DNA of 64,000 bases, from NCBI GenBank assembly GCA_945861715.1, contig CAMAVK010000004.1, positions 784 to 64,783 of the forward strand, given 5' to 3'. A program made the position numbers and the translations under genes. Positions 27,277 to 36,324 of this stretch are shown here, piece by piece (the stretch's first letter is position 1; each line of letters begins with the position of its first letter). Below the pieces are notes generated by a model. That model made no database searches. It saw only the letters and a program-made list of their open reading frames with translations, and had not been told where the DNA came from. The stretch comes from Candidatus Woesearchaeota archaeon (GTDB taxonomy: Archaea > Nanobdellota > Nanobdellia > Woesearchaeales > GW2011-AR9).

Positions 27277-27669
27277 GTGGTAGATTCTGCTGAATTTAAG
27301 AAAAATATTGAGTTGCTTCTTTCACAAGATTATAATGTAGAATTCTTAGGTGGTAATTTTGATCAGATTGTTCTATCATTAAGTGACGTTAAGGCAGAAA
27401 AAATGTATATTTGGATCCGAAGTGTTATTGAACGTGAGGTTCAGCCGATTCTGGTTGGTTCAACGAAACCGTATAAAGGTTGGAAGGTTAATGAGTTGCT
27501 TACGTTTCGTTATCCATTTAGCATTGAGAACACTGAATATCGAATTTTGTTTGTTAAGGTTAAAAATTCTATTTATGTAGAATTCCATCTTGGGGATCAT
27601 AAATATTATGATAAAGTGCGAAAAGATCTGAATTTGAAGGAAGATGATAGTTGTGCGGATTATGATTGA
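27277..27669 (+). CDS. RelE/ParE-like toxin candidate
   Basis: C-terminal EYRILFVKVKNSIYVEFHLGDHKYYD resembles the RelE-family 'YRI.Y.....v....G.H...Y' pattern. It starts 3 nt after the NTase stop and has an SD ggaggtg. Confidence 0.55.
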   Translation: MVDSAEFKKNIELLLSQDYNVEFLGGNFDQIVLSLSDVKAEKMYIWIRSVIEREVQPILVGSTKPYKGWKVNELLTFRYPFSIENTEYRILFVKVKNSIYVEFHLGDHKYYDKVRKDLNLKEDDSCADYD

Positions 27670-27698
27670 TTGTTAGCGAGGCAATTAAGAATGGGTAT

Positions 27699-28172
27699 TC
27701 ACATATCGTCTTCATCAGGTTTGCCGATAAGTTCGTCTCTTGCGTGTTCATAGAAGGCGTGTAAGAATTTTTCACAATTAGTTAAGGTGTCAATGGAGAT
27801 CTCTGCTGTTGAACTTTCAAGAGGAACAATTAAAGTCACGTGCCGTCTATATTCTTCGCGTTTGCCTTGGGGACTTTTTAAGACGGTTTTGAGAAATGTG
27901 TAGAAAGTGAGATATCGCAGCATGTTTTCGTCGTGTTCATACATTTCGGCTAATTTGGTTGAACGTAATGCAGGACTTTTTGGAAGGTTTTCGATTTTTC
28001 CTTCCAATTTTGCTTTTTCGAGGTATGCTTCGATGATTAAATCATATGTTGATGTCATACGATTGAGTGCGTTTAGAATGACGTCGACGGTTCTTGTATA
28101 CTTGAGGGATACATAAATTATGTGTTCGATGCGTTTTAATTCTTCTTTAGCTTCGAAAAGATATTCCTCCAT
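27699..28172 (-). CDS. Hypothetical helical-bundle protein (HEPN-like fold possible)
   Basis: Amphipathic helices EAKEELKRIEHIIYVSLKYTRTVDVILNAL. Confidence 0.75.
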   Translation of the reverse strand: MEEYLFEAKEELKRIEHIIYVSLKYTRTVDVILNALNRMTSTYDLIIEAYLEKAKLEGKIENLPKSPALRSTKLAEMYEHDENMLRYLTFYTFLKTVLKSPQGKREEYRRHVTLIVPLESSTAEISIDTLTNCEKFLHAFYEHARDELIGKPDEDDM

Positions 28173-28405
28173 TAATTTGACTACCCCCGTTAAGTAAGTA
28201 CTGTATATATGGTATTGCCTATTTATGCTTTTCTATTGAGAAGTTTGCATATTTTCTCAAAAATTAGGCAAACTGAAGAAAGATTGTTATCTTTCTGCAT
28301 AGAAAATGAGTCGCTGCTCATTTTCATATTATCAAAGAGAATTTTGCAATGGTTCCATTTGAGCTTATTCTTGCAAAGTTCTCTGTTATTTTGGATTATT
28401 TTGCC

Positions 28406-28816
28406 TTATTTTTGTTGGTTGTTTACGTTTTGGATGATTTGTTTTATTTGGATTATGATGTTTTGAATGTCATTTTTGTTGATGGTTGTTTTTTGTTGAA
28501 ATTCGTTGGTATACATAATTATATGATCTTTTGTGTTTATTTCAGTTGGACATGAGTGGTGTGTTGAGAGAAGGTTTTGAATATGACTTTGGATGGTTTT
28601 TAATTGGTTCAATAAAGTAGACTGATAGTTGTTATTTGTATTTTGGGGGGTGAGGGTGTGTTGTTGGATTATCTGGATTAATTCTTCAGTTATGTTTTGT
28701 AAGAGGGATAAGATGCTTAGAAATATTCGTGGATCTTCTGTATGTGGAAATATTTCAAGAAGAAGTTGCTCTGCACGTTCTAATTTGAATTGGATTTGCT
28801 GATATGTTGAATTCAT
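28406..28816 (-). CDS. Hypothetical helical protein, distantly similar to 27699..28172
   Basis: KLERAEQLLLEIFPHTEDPRIFLSIL parallels ELKRIEHIIYVSLKYTRTVDVILNAL. Confidence 0.65.
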   Translation of the reverse strand: MNSTYQQIQFKLERAEQLLLEIFPHTEDPRIFLSILSLLQNITEELIQIIQQHTLTPQNTNNNYQSTLLNQLKTIQSHIQNLLSTHHSCPTEINTKDHIIMYTNEFQQKTTINKNDIQNIIIQIKQIIQNVNNQQK

Positions 28817-28836
28817 TGCGAAGTAAATGGGTCTAA

Positions 28837-29178
28837 TTATTTTTTGAGGTTCATTATTGCTAGAGCCAAATCACCTTCGCTTTCTTCAAGCGCTGCTAAT
28901 GCTTTGTCTTGGTTCGCTCCGGTTTGTTCCATGACAGTATCGATGTCGTCTTGGGTAATTTCAATTGCTGCTACGATGTCATCTGAACTTCTTTCTTGCG
29001 CGTTTCCTACTACTTGGTATGTGACTTGTCCCATTGCATTTACTTTTGATACTTGGGGGTTGTCAATAACGAGTTCTTTATTTCCTTCAAGTTTGATGAT
29101 GACTTGTGTTGCTTTGACTTCCACTTGTTGGATGCCAAGTTGTTTCATCATTTGTTGCATTTGTTTTGGATTCATCAT
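28837..29178 (-). CDS. nac: Nascent polypeptide-associated complex protein (aeNAC)
   Basis: Motifs MNPKQMQQMMKQLGI, VIDNPQVSKV, YQVVG, and a UBA-like DIDTVMEQTG...ALEESEGDLALAIM. Confidence 0.97.
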   Translation of the reverse strand: MMNPKQMQQMMKQLGIQQVEVKATQVIIKLEGNKELVIDNPQVSKVNAMGQVTYQVVGNAQERSSDDIVAAIEITQDDIDTVMEQTGANQDKALAALEESEGDLALAIMNLKK

Positions 29179-29232
29179 GGGAATATCAATTTTTGAGGTT
29201 TATTTTTTATTTTAAAGGCTGATCTATTTTTC

Positions 29233-29409
29233 TTATTGTCCTATAAAATTATTTCCAAAGAAATGGAGTAGAATAATTATAGTCATGATCATAAGACAAA
29301 GGATGAATACAACGCCAGGTGAGAGCCTGAATTTTGAGACATTTTCGTTTGAGAAACGTGTTAATCCTCCTTGACCGGAGGGCATTTGGATTTGATTATT
29401 TTGAGCCAT
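29233..29409 (-). CDS. secG: Preprotein translocase subunit Sec61beta/SecG
   Basis: MPSGQGGLTRFSNE...LSPGVV followed by a single TM helix. ATG at 29409. Confidence 0.92.
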   Translation of the reverse strand: MAQNNQIQMPSGQGGLTRFSNENVSKFRLSPGVVFILCLMIMTIIILLHFFGNNFIGQ

Positions 29410-29584
29410 TTCGATATGACGAGACGGCACTTTTATATAGTTTTTGGAAAGTTTCTTCTTTTTTTGGCGGTTAGGTTCTTATTTGGAGTTTTTTGTTTAT
29501 GAAATCATCGTCTCTTCATATTCCGCTCGTTATTGGATATCATGTGGCTGTACCTGTTTTATCTCTTCAAGATTTAAAAAAAAT

Positions 29585-29952
29585 GGTAGGGTGGCGTAAG
29601 CCGCCTTTTGTTAGGCCCAAAGAAAAACCGTCATATATGTTTTTCCGATAGCCATTGAAAGCATTCTACTTAGCGTCGAATCGACTTGCACCAGGGGGGT
29701 TTCACCGTTTCATCGTTCCCACAAAAGACGTCGATGGGTTATCTCATGTATGTTGCCATACACTTCGCCAGGTCATTCCATTTTTGTGGACGTGTCGTGT
29801 CTGAGCCAGAGCCACGGAATTTCTCCGTCTGACATTGTATTCAGTCCCTTTTTTTAGGTGGGCGGACTTTCCTCACAGGCTAAATCATTTTACTGATCTA
29901 TGGGACTTATTGCATTCCCTAAAGCTTGCGTAAGCTTTCTGCCACTACTACC
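29585..29952 (-). ncRNA. rnpB: RNase P RNA
   Basis: The minus strand has GAGGAAAGUCCG (P4 5' side), GAAACGGUGAAAC and AACAAAAGGCGGCUUAC (P4 3' side). The termini ggtagtagtggc/gccaccctacc pair as P1. TATA-like CTTAAATA lies just upstream. Confidence 0.93.
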
Positions 29953-30089
29953 AATATGCTATTTTGGGGTGTTTTATTTAAGGATTTGTGCGGAAATTTA
30001 AAAAAATGTTATTAGTTCGTTTTATTGTTGTGTGGCAGGAGTGTTTTTTTATTAAACAGAAAAAAGTAAAAAAAAGTGTGCGGTTTTCT

Positions 30090-30869
30090 TTATTGAGATT
30101 TTATATACTCACTTATCATCTCCATTCTTTCATTAAAATAGGTGGTATTTTGTGAGCGCCATAACGGATTTTTTGCGGAGTTGGCTGCTATTCTAACTTC
30201 GTGATCTAACTCTTTGAGAGTACAGTCTAATTTTCTGGTTAGTTTTGGTGGGGTGTTTACCATGAAATCTTTTGCTTGATGAAAGGCTTGTACAATATCG
30301 TCAATTTGGTGAACTTCTGGGATTATATAGATTCCTTGTGAGGTTAATACTGGTTCGGTCAGATTATTTCTTGGCGCTAAAAGTGAGTAAAGACTGATTA
30401 TTACGGGTGATCTAATATTATCTCGTTCATCTACATTTCGATATTTCTCTAGGGTACTATCATGAATTCCAAGAGCTAGGATTCGGGTATCTGATCCTTG
30501 TGTTTCAGGATTTGGATATATTCTGATATTTGGGGTGAGTAGGTCTTTACGGCTGTCTCCTTCTAAATATGCAGGAATTAATCTTACGGTGTTTTTTGAG
30601 GGGTTGTCACCTGTGCTTATATTGACTGAGTATGTTGATGATGGGTTTTCTTGCACTATTTGAAATCTTACATAATCAGGAAGTAATTCCAACCATGCAG
30701 TCGAAAATTGTTCAAATGCTTTTGTTTTTATTGGTGGATTGTCACAAGGATATCGAGATAATCCTGAAATTTTATATCTTTCTGTAGAACTAAGTATGTC
30801 GATATTTTGTGCTTCTGTTGGTGTACATTTGAAAAGTCCTTGTCCGTTTCTTATTTCTTGTAATTCCAT
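30090..30869 (-). CDS. Hypothetical protein
   Basis: 259-aa ORF with an ATG start. No motif recognised. Confidence 0.7.
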   Translation of the reverse strand: MELQEIRNGQGLFKCTPTEAQNIDILSSTERYKISGLSRYPCDNPPIKTKAFEQFSTAWLELLPDYVRFQIVQENPSSTYSVNISTGDNPSKNTVRLIPAYLEGDSRKDLLTPNIRIYPNPETQGSDTRILALGIHDSTLEKYRNVDERDNIRSPVIISLYSLLAPRNNLTEPVLTSQGIYIIPEVHQIDDIVQAFHQAKDFMVNTPPKLTRKLDCTLKELDHEVRIAANSAKNPLWRSQNTTYFNERMEMISEYIKSQ

Positions 30870-30959
30870 TTTATTTCTCCGATTTGTATGATTTTTCTTA
30901 TTAGTATAATTAGAAAAAATGCGTTTTGGGTTTTAAGTATTTGTATTTGATGGTGTGTA

Positions 30960-31649
30960 TTAAATCACGACTTCGACTTTTAGTAATAATTCTTTCATGC
31001 CTTTGAGATGGCCTGCACCAACAATTACCATGATTTTTTTTTCGGGGTTTTTGCGCATTATTTGAATGAGTTTTTTGACCATGTATTTGTTTCGGTCTTC
31101 GATAATGGCCTTGTGGAGCGATGGATAGCGTTTTTCCATGTAGGTCATCATTTTTTCGATGAGTTCGTCTTCTGGGACTTTTTTGAGATCGAAATCAATC
31201 CCCATGAGTTCTGCTTGTTTTTTGGGTCGTACGAGGCCTTTTATGATGTCGGATGCGAATCTTCCTTTTTCTTTCCATCCAAATCCCCTTGATATGTTTT
31301 TGAGGGTGATTTCTATTGGTTGGTCGATTAATGCGATTTCTTTTTTGTTCTTGGCTGCGAGGTCTAGGCCCGCTTTCATATCATCACCTGCGTTTACCCC
31401 AACAGCTTTTCCTAGTTTTTGTTGGGCGCTTTGGCCAAGAAGAGCAAATAGATAGCCTGTGAGACCTAACTCAAAGATTGCTTTTGGTGAAAGGGTGGTT
31501 TTGTCTTGTTTTGGGTTTAAAAGTGCGTGAGCTCGTTTGATGTCTAACTCAATAGCTATGATGTCTGGAGCGAAGCTTTTGAATGCGCTTTCTATCTCGT
31601 CAATACTTTGTTTTGCAATATGGGATGTACCTATTATGTGGAGTTGCAT
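30960..31649 (-). CDS. TraB/PrgY (pheromone shutdown) family protein
   Basis: Motifs IIGTSHIAKQS, PDIIAIELD, GDDMK, LIDQPIEITL, EDRNKYM and VIVGAGHLKGM. Confidence 0.93.
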   Translation of the reverse strand: MQLHIIGTSHIAKQSIDEIESAFKSFAPDIIAIELDIKRAHALLNPKQDKTTLSPKAIFELGLTGYLFALLGQSAQQKLGKAVGVNAGDDMKAGLDLAAKNKKEIALIDQPIEITLKNISRGFGWKEKGRFASDIIKGLVRPKKQAELMGIDFDLKKVPEDELIEKMMTYMEKRYPSLHKAIIEDRNKYMVKKLIQIMRKNPEKKIMVIVGAGHLKGMKELLLKVEVVI

Positions 31650-31724
31650 AGCGTTAATAGAGCATAGAAAAGTATATAAATGTAGGGAATGGCTATTTCT
31701 CGATTAAAGTCGAGGTGAATTATC

Positions 31725-31997
31725 ATGTTAAAGATGAAGAAAGTTTCTGAAGTGTACGATTTAAGAGTATTTACTGATTCAGGTGACTATTTTGGCGATG
31801 TCGATGACTGCCTTGTTGCTGGTAATAAGATTTCTGGTTGGAAGATTCGAGCTACAAAGACTTCGTATTTGGCTCGTGTTTTAGGTTCGGCTAAAGGAGT
31901 AATAGTACCTCATCAGTTGGTTAAAGCAATTGGGGATGTATTGGTTATTTCTCGAAGTGCTGTTCCTTCTGGAAATCCTGAGGATTCATCAGAATGA
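31725..31997 (+). CDS. PRC-barrel domain protein
   Basis: Motifs VFTDSGDYFGDVDD and VPHQLVKAIGDVLVI. SD gaggtga upstream. Confidence 0.92.
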   Translation: MLKMKKVSEVYDLRVFTDSGDYFGDVDDCLVAGNKISGWKIRATKTSYLARVLGSAKGVIVPHQLVKAIGDVLVISRSAVPSGNPEDSSE

Positions 31998-32013
31998 GCT
32001 ATCACAAGTATGC

Positions 32014-32055
32014 TCAAGACCTCCTGAATTATCAATATGTTCAGGGGGATCTTGA
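32014..32055. terminator. 15-bp imperfect intergenic stem-loop
   Basis: tcaagacctcctgaa ... ttcagggggatcttga, with one G-U pair and one bulge. Confidence 0.4.
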
Positions 32056-32175
32056 CGAACTTGATTTTTCTTTTCATATTGCGGGATAGATGTTAGTGAC
32101 CAACGCGGGGGTGTTGTGTTAGCGAAGCTCTATTTTGCGATACTACTCTTCTTTTTCATAGTTTTTTTAAAGTGA

Positions 32176-33318
32176 TTGCTCTTTTTGCTTGTTATGGCTC
32201 TTTTACTTGATATGTTGCTTGGTTTTTGTCAGAATTATTTTGGTTTTACCTTTCTTGCTAATCAGTATTATGCTGCACTTTTCATTGTTGGCATGTTTGT
32301 TATTTTGGCACAAGTAATTTTGTTAGGTTTTAATATTTATTTACGACATCTCGCGAAGCGCACGACAACTCAATTTGATGATCTTATTTTTGATCAGACA
32401 AAACAACCGTTATTTGTGTTTATTTTAATTTTTGGAGTACGTCTGGCTCTTGAGCATGTTGGTGTCATTGGTTCTTTTACTAATTTGATTGATTCGGCTC
32501 TTGCCATGATTTTTTTGTATTTAGTTGTTCGTGTTACAGATGTTGCGATTCAAACGTGGGGTGATGTTGTTGCAAAGAAAACTGATACTCCAATTGATGA
32601 AATTTTATTGCCTTTCCTGCATAAGATTGTGAAGGCGGTTTTTGTCATTATTGGTATTATTTGGTTACTTCATATCTGGGGCGTTGATATTACCCCGTAT
32701 TTAGCTGGAGCGGGTATTGCGGGTATTATTTTAGGTCTTGCACTTCAAGATTCACTGAAGAATATTCTTGGTGGCATTAGTTTGCTTCTTGATAAGACGT
32801 ATCAAGTTGGTGATAAGGTAGCGCTTGAGAATGGTGAGATTGGTCAGATTTCTGATATTGGACTTCGTAGTACAAAGATGGTGACGTATGATAATGAAGT
32901 GTTGTATGTTCCAAATGGGTATATGGCAAACTCTCGAGTTCGTAATTATACCCGACCTGATCCGTCTGTTCGGGTCAAGGTTGATTTTGGGGTTGAGTAT
33001 GGGTCTGATGTAGGGCATGTTCAAAAAGTGGTACTCAAGGTGATTGATTCTATTGAAGGGGTTAAGAAAGAACCTGTTCCTGCGGTTAATTTTTTGTCGA
33101 TGGGAGATTTTGCCCTTAAATTTAGGGCTACTTTTTGGGTTGAGACGTGGGGGCTTGAGTTTCCTCGGAAAGTGGAAGCTACGGAGAAAATTTATAACGC
33201 ATTGAATAAGGCAAAGATTGGAATACCATTTCCGACACAGACGGTACTTTTGTCTAAAGCGGGTAGAGTTTCGCGTTCATCAAGAAAGTCTGTTCAAATT
33301 TTTAAGGTTAAAGAGTGA
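32176..33318 (+). CDS. mscS: Small-conductance mechanosensitive channel MscS family
   Basis: Motifs LAGAGIAGIILGLALQDSLKNILGGI, YQVGDKV, DIGLRST, VPNGYMAN, VDFGVEYGSD and GIPFPTQT. Confidence 0.96.
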   Translation: MLFLLVMALLLDMLLGFCQNYFGFTFLANQYYAALFIVGMFVILAQVILLGFNIYLRHLAKRTTTQFDDLIFDQTKQPLFVFILIFGVRLALEHVGVIGSFTNLIDSALAMIFLYLVVRVTDVAIQTWGDVVAKKTDTPIDEILLPFLHKIVKAVFVIIGIIWLLHIWGVDITPYLAGAGIAGIILGLALQDSLKNILGGISLLLDKTYQVGDKVALENGEIGQISDIGLRSTKMVTYDNEVLYVPNGYMANSRVRNYTRPDPSVRVKVDFGVEYGSDVGHVQKVVLKVIDSIEGVKKEPVPAVNFLSMGDFALKFRATFWVETWGLEFPRKVEATEKIYNALNKAKIGIPFPTQTVLLSKAGRVSRSSRKSVQIFKVKE

Positions 33319-33374
33319 TTTTTTCTATTTTTGAGTGATAATCTTTAAAAGTGGGCATCTTTTTTATTCCTAGT

Positions 33375-34118
33375 ATGGCACAATTAAAAGTATCTCTACC
33401 TAAATTTGGATTTAATTTGTTGCAACAGTTTGTTGCGGATCGAGGAAGTGGAAATTTAACCGATGACGCGGCAAGACGGGCGGTGTTATATTTAGAGTCT
33501 AATTTATGTTTATTTAAAGGAATGCCTGAAGAAGTTTATGTTCGTGCGCTTGCAGAACATTATCGAGTGGGTGAAATACGTGCAATTCAGTGCGAGTTAA
33601 CTGAAATTTATCATTTGCCCACTAGTCAATTGCCTGTGCCAAGTCGGGTTCGTACGTTTTTTGAAGATCATAAATTAAATCGGATTGGTTATGTTGTTCA
33701 GTTCTCTCGAAAAGATTTCGTTATGTCTAAAAATTTTGGGTTGGGAAGTTTTGCACAGATGATGGATGTGTTACATGGAATTGATTCTCGTATAGAAGTT
33801 GGTTCACCTATTACATATGTTCATGATTCGGATGCTTTTCAGGTAAGGACTTGTCTTGAGCAACCGGTCATTGATGTTATTATAAATCCTGAGACACGTC
33901 TTTTTCGTTTTTTTGAGCGGCAACGGGAGATGATTGAGAAAATAGAAAGGAATGTTCGAGTCGCTGATTTTGTGATTTTTCCTGAATCGGTTATTTCTAT
34001 GTCTGATTATCAACGACGCAACGCTTTAGATTCACTGAGGCATCTTCATCCAAGCATTCATTTTGGGATGGATAAACAGTATTTGAATGAGAAGTTGGGT
34101 ATTGAGTTTGCTCAATAG
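33375..34118 (+). CDS. Hypothetical protein with an RNA polymerase alpha-CTD-like (HhH) domain
   Basis: SQLPVPSRVRTFFEDHKLNRIGYVVQFSRKDFVMSKNFGLGSFAQMMDVL parallels the alpha-CTD 'L.LSVR..N.L....I..IGDLV......L....NFG.KSL.EI'. Confidence 0.65.
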   Translation: MAQLKVSLPKFGFNLLQQFVADRGSGNLTDDAARRAVLYLESNLCLFKGMPEEVYVRALAEHYRVGEIRAIQCELTEIYHLPTSQLPVPSRVRTFFEDHKLNRIGYVVQFSRKDFVMSKNFGLGSFAQMMDVLHGIDSRIEVGSPITYVHDSDAFQVRTCLEQPVIDVIINPETRLFRFFERQREMIEKIERNVRVADFVIFPESVISMSDYQRRNALDSLRHLHPSIHFGMDKQYLNEKLGIEFAQ

Positions 34119-34185
34119 TAATGAATATCTGCTGTAAGACTATTTCTCCATAATGTTTATATTATTTTGATGATTCTTTTAATTT

Positions 34186-34371
34186 ATGGATCCGTTTTTT
34201 ATTGTTACAATACTTATTGGGGTTATACTACTTGGCGTTATCGTTAAGATTATGCCTTTTTTGTTGAAGGCGCTTTTTTGGGTTCTTATTGTGGTTTTGT
34301 TGCTTGTTCTGATTTTTAGTATTTCTTGGAATGATGTTATGGGTTGGGCTAGCGGAATTAGTTTGTGGTGA
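34186..34371 (+). CDS. Small membrane protein
   Basis: Two hydrophobic helices, ATG start. Confidence 0.7.
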   Translation: MDPFFIVTILIGVILLGVIVKIMPFLLKALFWVLIVVLLLVLIFSISWNDVMGWASGISLW

Positions 34372-34452
34372 TACAGATGTACTTTATTTATATTTTTGTT
34401 TGTGGGATTTGATTCCCATAATCTATTTAAAGACCACAAGATGTGTAGTAGC

Positions 34453-35409
34453 ATGGAGTCAACTATTTGGACAGAGAAGTATAGGCCAAAACAATTTTCT
34501 GAGATTGTAGGTCAAAAAGATATTATTGCAAAGATTTCGGCGTTTGTGAAGTCAGGTAATATGCCTCATCTTATGTTTTCTGGTCCAGCTGGAGTTGGAA
34601 AGACTACTCTATCTCTTGTTATTGCACGTGAGTTGTTCGGCGAGAATTGGCAACAAAATACTCTTGAACTTAATGCGTCGGATGAGCGTGGTATTGATGT
34701 TGTTCGTGTGAAAGTGAAAGATTTTGCTCGTACACGGGCAATTGGTGATGTTCCATTTAAGTTAATTTATCTCGATGAGAGTGATGCGCTCACACGCGAA
34801 GCGCAGCAAGCTCTTCGTCGTACGATGGAAAATTTTACGAAAACGTGTCGATTTATTTTGTCATGTAATTATTCTTCAAAAATTATTGATCCTATACAAT
34901 CTCGATGCGCAGTGTTTCGGTTTAAGCCACTTGAAGTGGCTGATGTGAAGGTAGTTATTGATCGTATTGTTGTTCAGGAGGGATTGGTTATTACTGATGA
35001 TGCTCGTGCGGCTCTTTTTGAAGTATGTGATGGGGATTGTAGGCGACTTGAGAATATTATGCAGAGTTGTTCTGCCTTGTCTTCCACTATTACCGCTGAA
35101 GTGGTGTATTCCATGGCGTCGGTTGCAAAACCTAAGGAAGTTTTAGAGTTGCTATCTTTTGCAGTTCGTGGAAATTTTCTTGAATCTCGCAAGAAGTTGC
35201 TTGAAGTGATGCTTGAATATGGTCTATCTGGTCTTGATATTATTCGGCAGATTCAGAAGGAGATTTGGAATTTAGATCTAAGCGATCGCAAGAAAGTGGA
35301 GTTAGTTGATAAGTGCGGCGAAGTGGAATTTCGAATGGTTGAAGGGAGTGACGAGTATATTCAACTAGAAAGTTTTTTGGCGTTTGTGATGCTGGTTGGT
35401 AGTCGGTAA
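34453..35409 (+). CDS. rfcS: Replication factor C small subunit (no intein)
   Basis: Motifs IWTEKYRP, GPAGVGKT, ELNASDERGIDVVR, LDESDALT, QQALRRTME and IQSRC. Confidence 0.98.
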   Translation: MESTIWTEKYRPKQFSEIVGQKDIIAKISAFVKSGNMPHLMFSGPAGVGKTTLSLVIARELFGENWQQNTLELNASDERGIDVVRVKVKDFARTRAIGDVPFKLIYLDESDALTREAQQALRRTMENFTKTCRFILSCNYSSKIIDPIQSRCAVFRFKPLEVADVKVVIDRIVVQEGLVITDDARAALFEVCDGDCRRLENIMQSCSALSSTITAEVVYSMASVAKPKEVLELLSFAVRGNFLESRKKLLEVMLEYGLSGLDIIRQIQKEIWNLDLSDRKKVELVDKCGEVEFRMVEGSDEYIQLESFLAFVMLVGSR

Positions 35410-35486
35410 ATTGGTCTAATTTTTTTTGTATTTATCTTTGAAGTGAACGATAGGTTTATTATTGGATTTAGTGTCTGAGGGGTTAC

Positions 35487-36311
35487 ATGATTATTCGTAA
35501 AGCGTTTTTTGAATTTGAAGGTAAGAAGATTGGTGGATATTTCTATGTACCAGGTGAAGGTAAATACCCTCTTGCAATTGTTGTACATGGGTTTGGGGGA
35601 GGGACGTTTGAGAGAGGTAAGTCTGCGTTGTGCGTGGATTTGGCTAGGCGGGGGATTGCGTCGTTCTTTTTTGATTTTTATTCTCATCATTATGGACTAA
35701 CTGAATTTTCTATAGAAGACATGACTGTTTCTTTTCAAGTTAAGGTACTTGCTGCGGTGCATGATTTTGTGTGTTCGCAAGAATTTGTAAAGACGAAAAA
35801 GATTGCTATTGTTGGCCATTCCCTAGGTGGGTTAACCGGATACTTGTATTGTGCGTCTAGTGATCGTATAGCTGCGCTTTGTGTGTTAGCTGCAGTGAGT
35901 GATTTGAATTGGGATTTGGAACATTGTTTTGGGCCGCTTGATGATTGGCATGTTAATGGGATTAAACAGTTTGGAGATGAATGGGGGGGGATGAGTGTGA
36001 AGTGGGATTTTGTTATTGATGCTCGCAGTCATGATGTTATGTCAGTATTACCCACGATTACTTGTCCTACTTGTATTGTGCATGGGGATGCGGATTCTGT
36101 TGTTCCACTTGAGCAGGCGAAGGCGCAACATGCTGCGATTATAGGGTCTACTCTAAATGTGTTGCGTGGTGTTGATAATGATTTTAATGGGGAAGGATAT
36201 AATTTGATGCGGGAAGTGGTTTGTGATTTTTTATGTGATGTTTTAATTCTCGAAAAGAAGGTTACTATCTCTAAGTATGCTGATGATGAGCAATCTAAAG
36301 AGGAAGAATAG
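35487..36311 (+). CDS. Alpha/beta hydrolase
   Basis: Motifs VVHGFGG, nucleophile elbow GHSLGG and VHGDADSVVP. The catalytic His position reads GVDND, so the His is unclear. Confidence 0.88.
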   Translation: MIIRKAFFEFEGKKIGGYFYVPGEGKYPLAIVVHGFGGGTFERGKSALCVDLARRGIASFFFDFYSHHYGLTEFSIEDMTVSFQVKVLAAVHDFVCSQEFVKTKKIAIVGHSLGGLTGYLYCASSDRIAALCVLAAVSDLNWDLEHCFGPLDDWHVNGIKQFGDEWGGMSVKWDFVIDARSHDVMSVLPTITCPTCIVHGDADSVVPLEQAKAQHAAIIGSTLNVLRGVDNDFNGEGYNLMREVVCDFLCDVLILEKKVTISKYADDEQSKEEE

Positions 36312-36324
36312 GGGTTATTGAAGT

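Noticed and set aside
3620-35409. Inteins or introns in rfcL, rfcS, top6, dnaG or the PolB homolog
   Set aside because: Lengths are normal, and no C...HN intein termini or LAGLIDADG motifs are seen.
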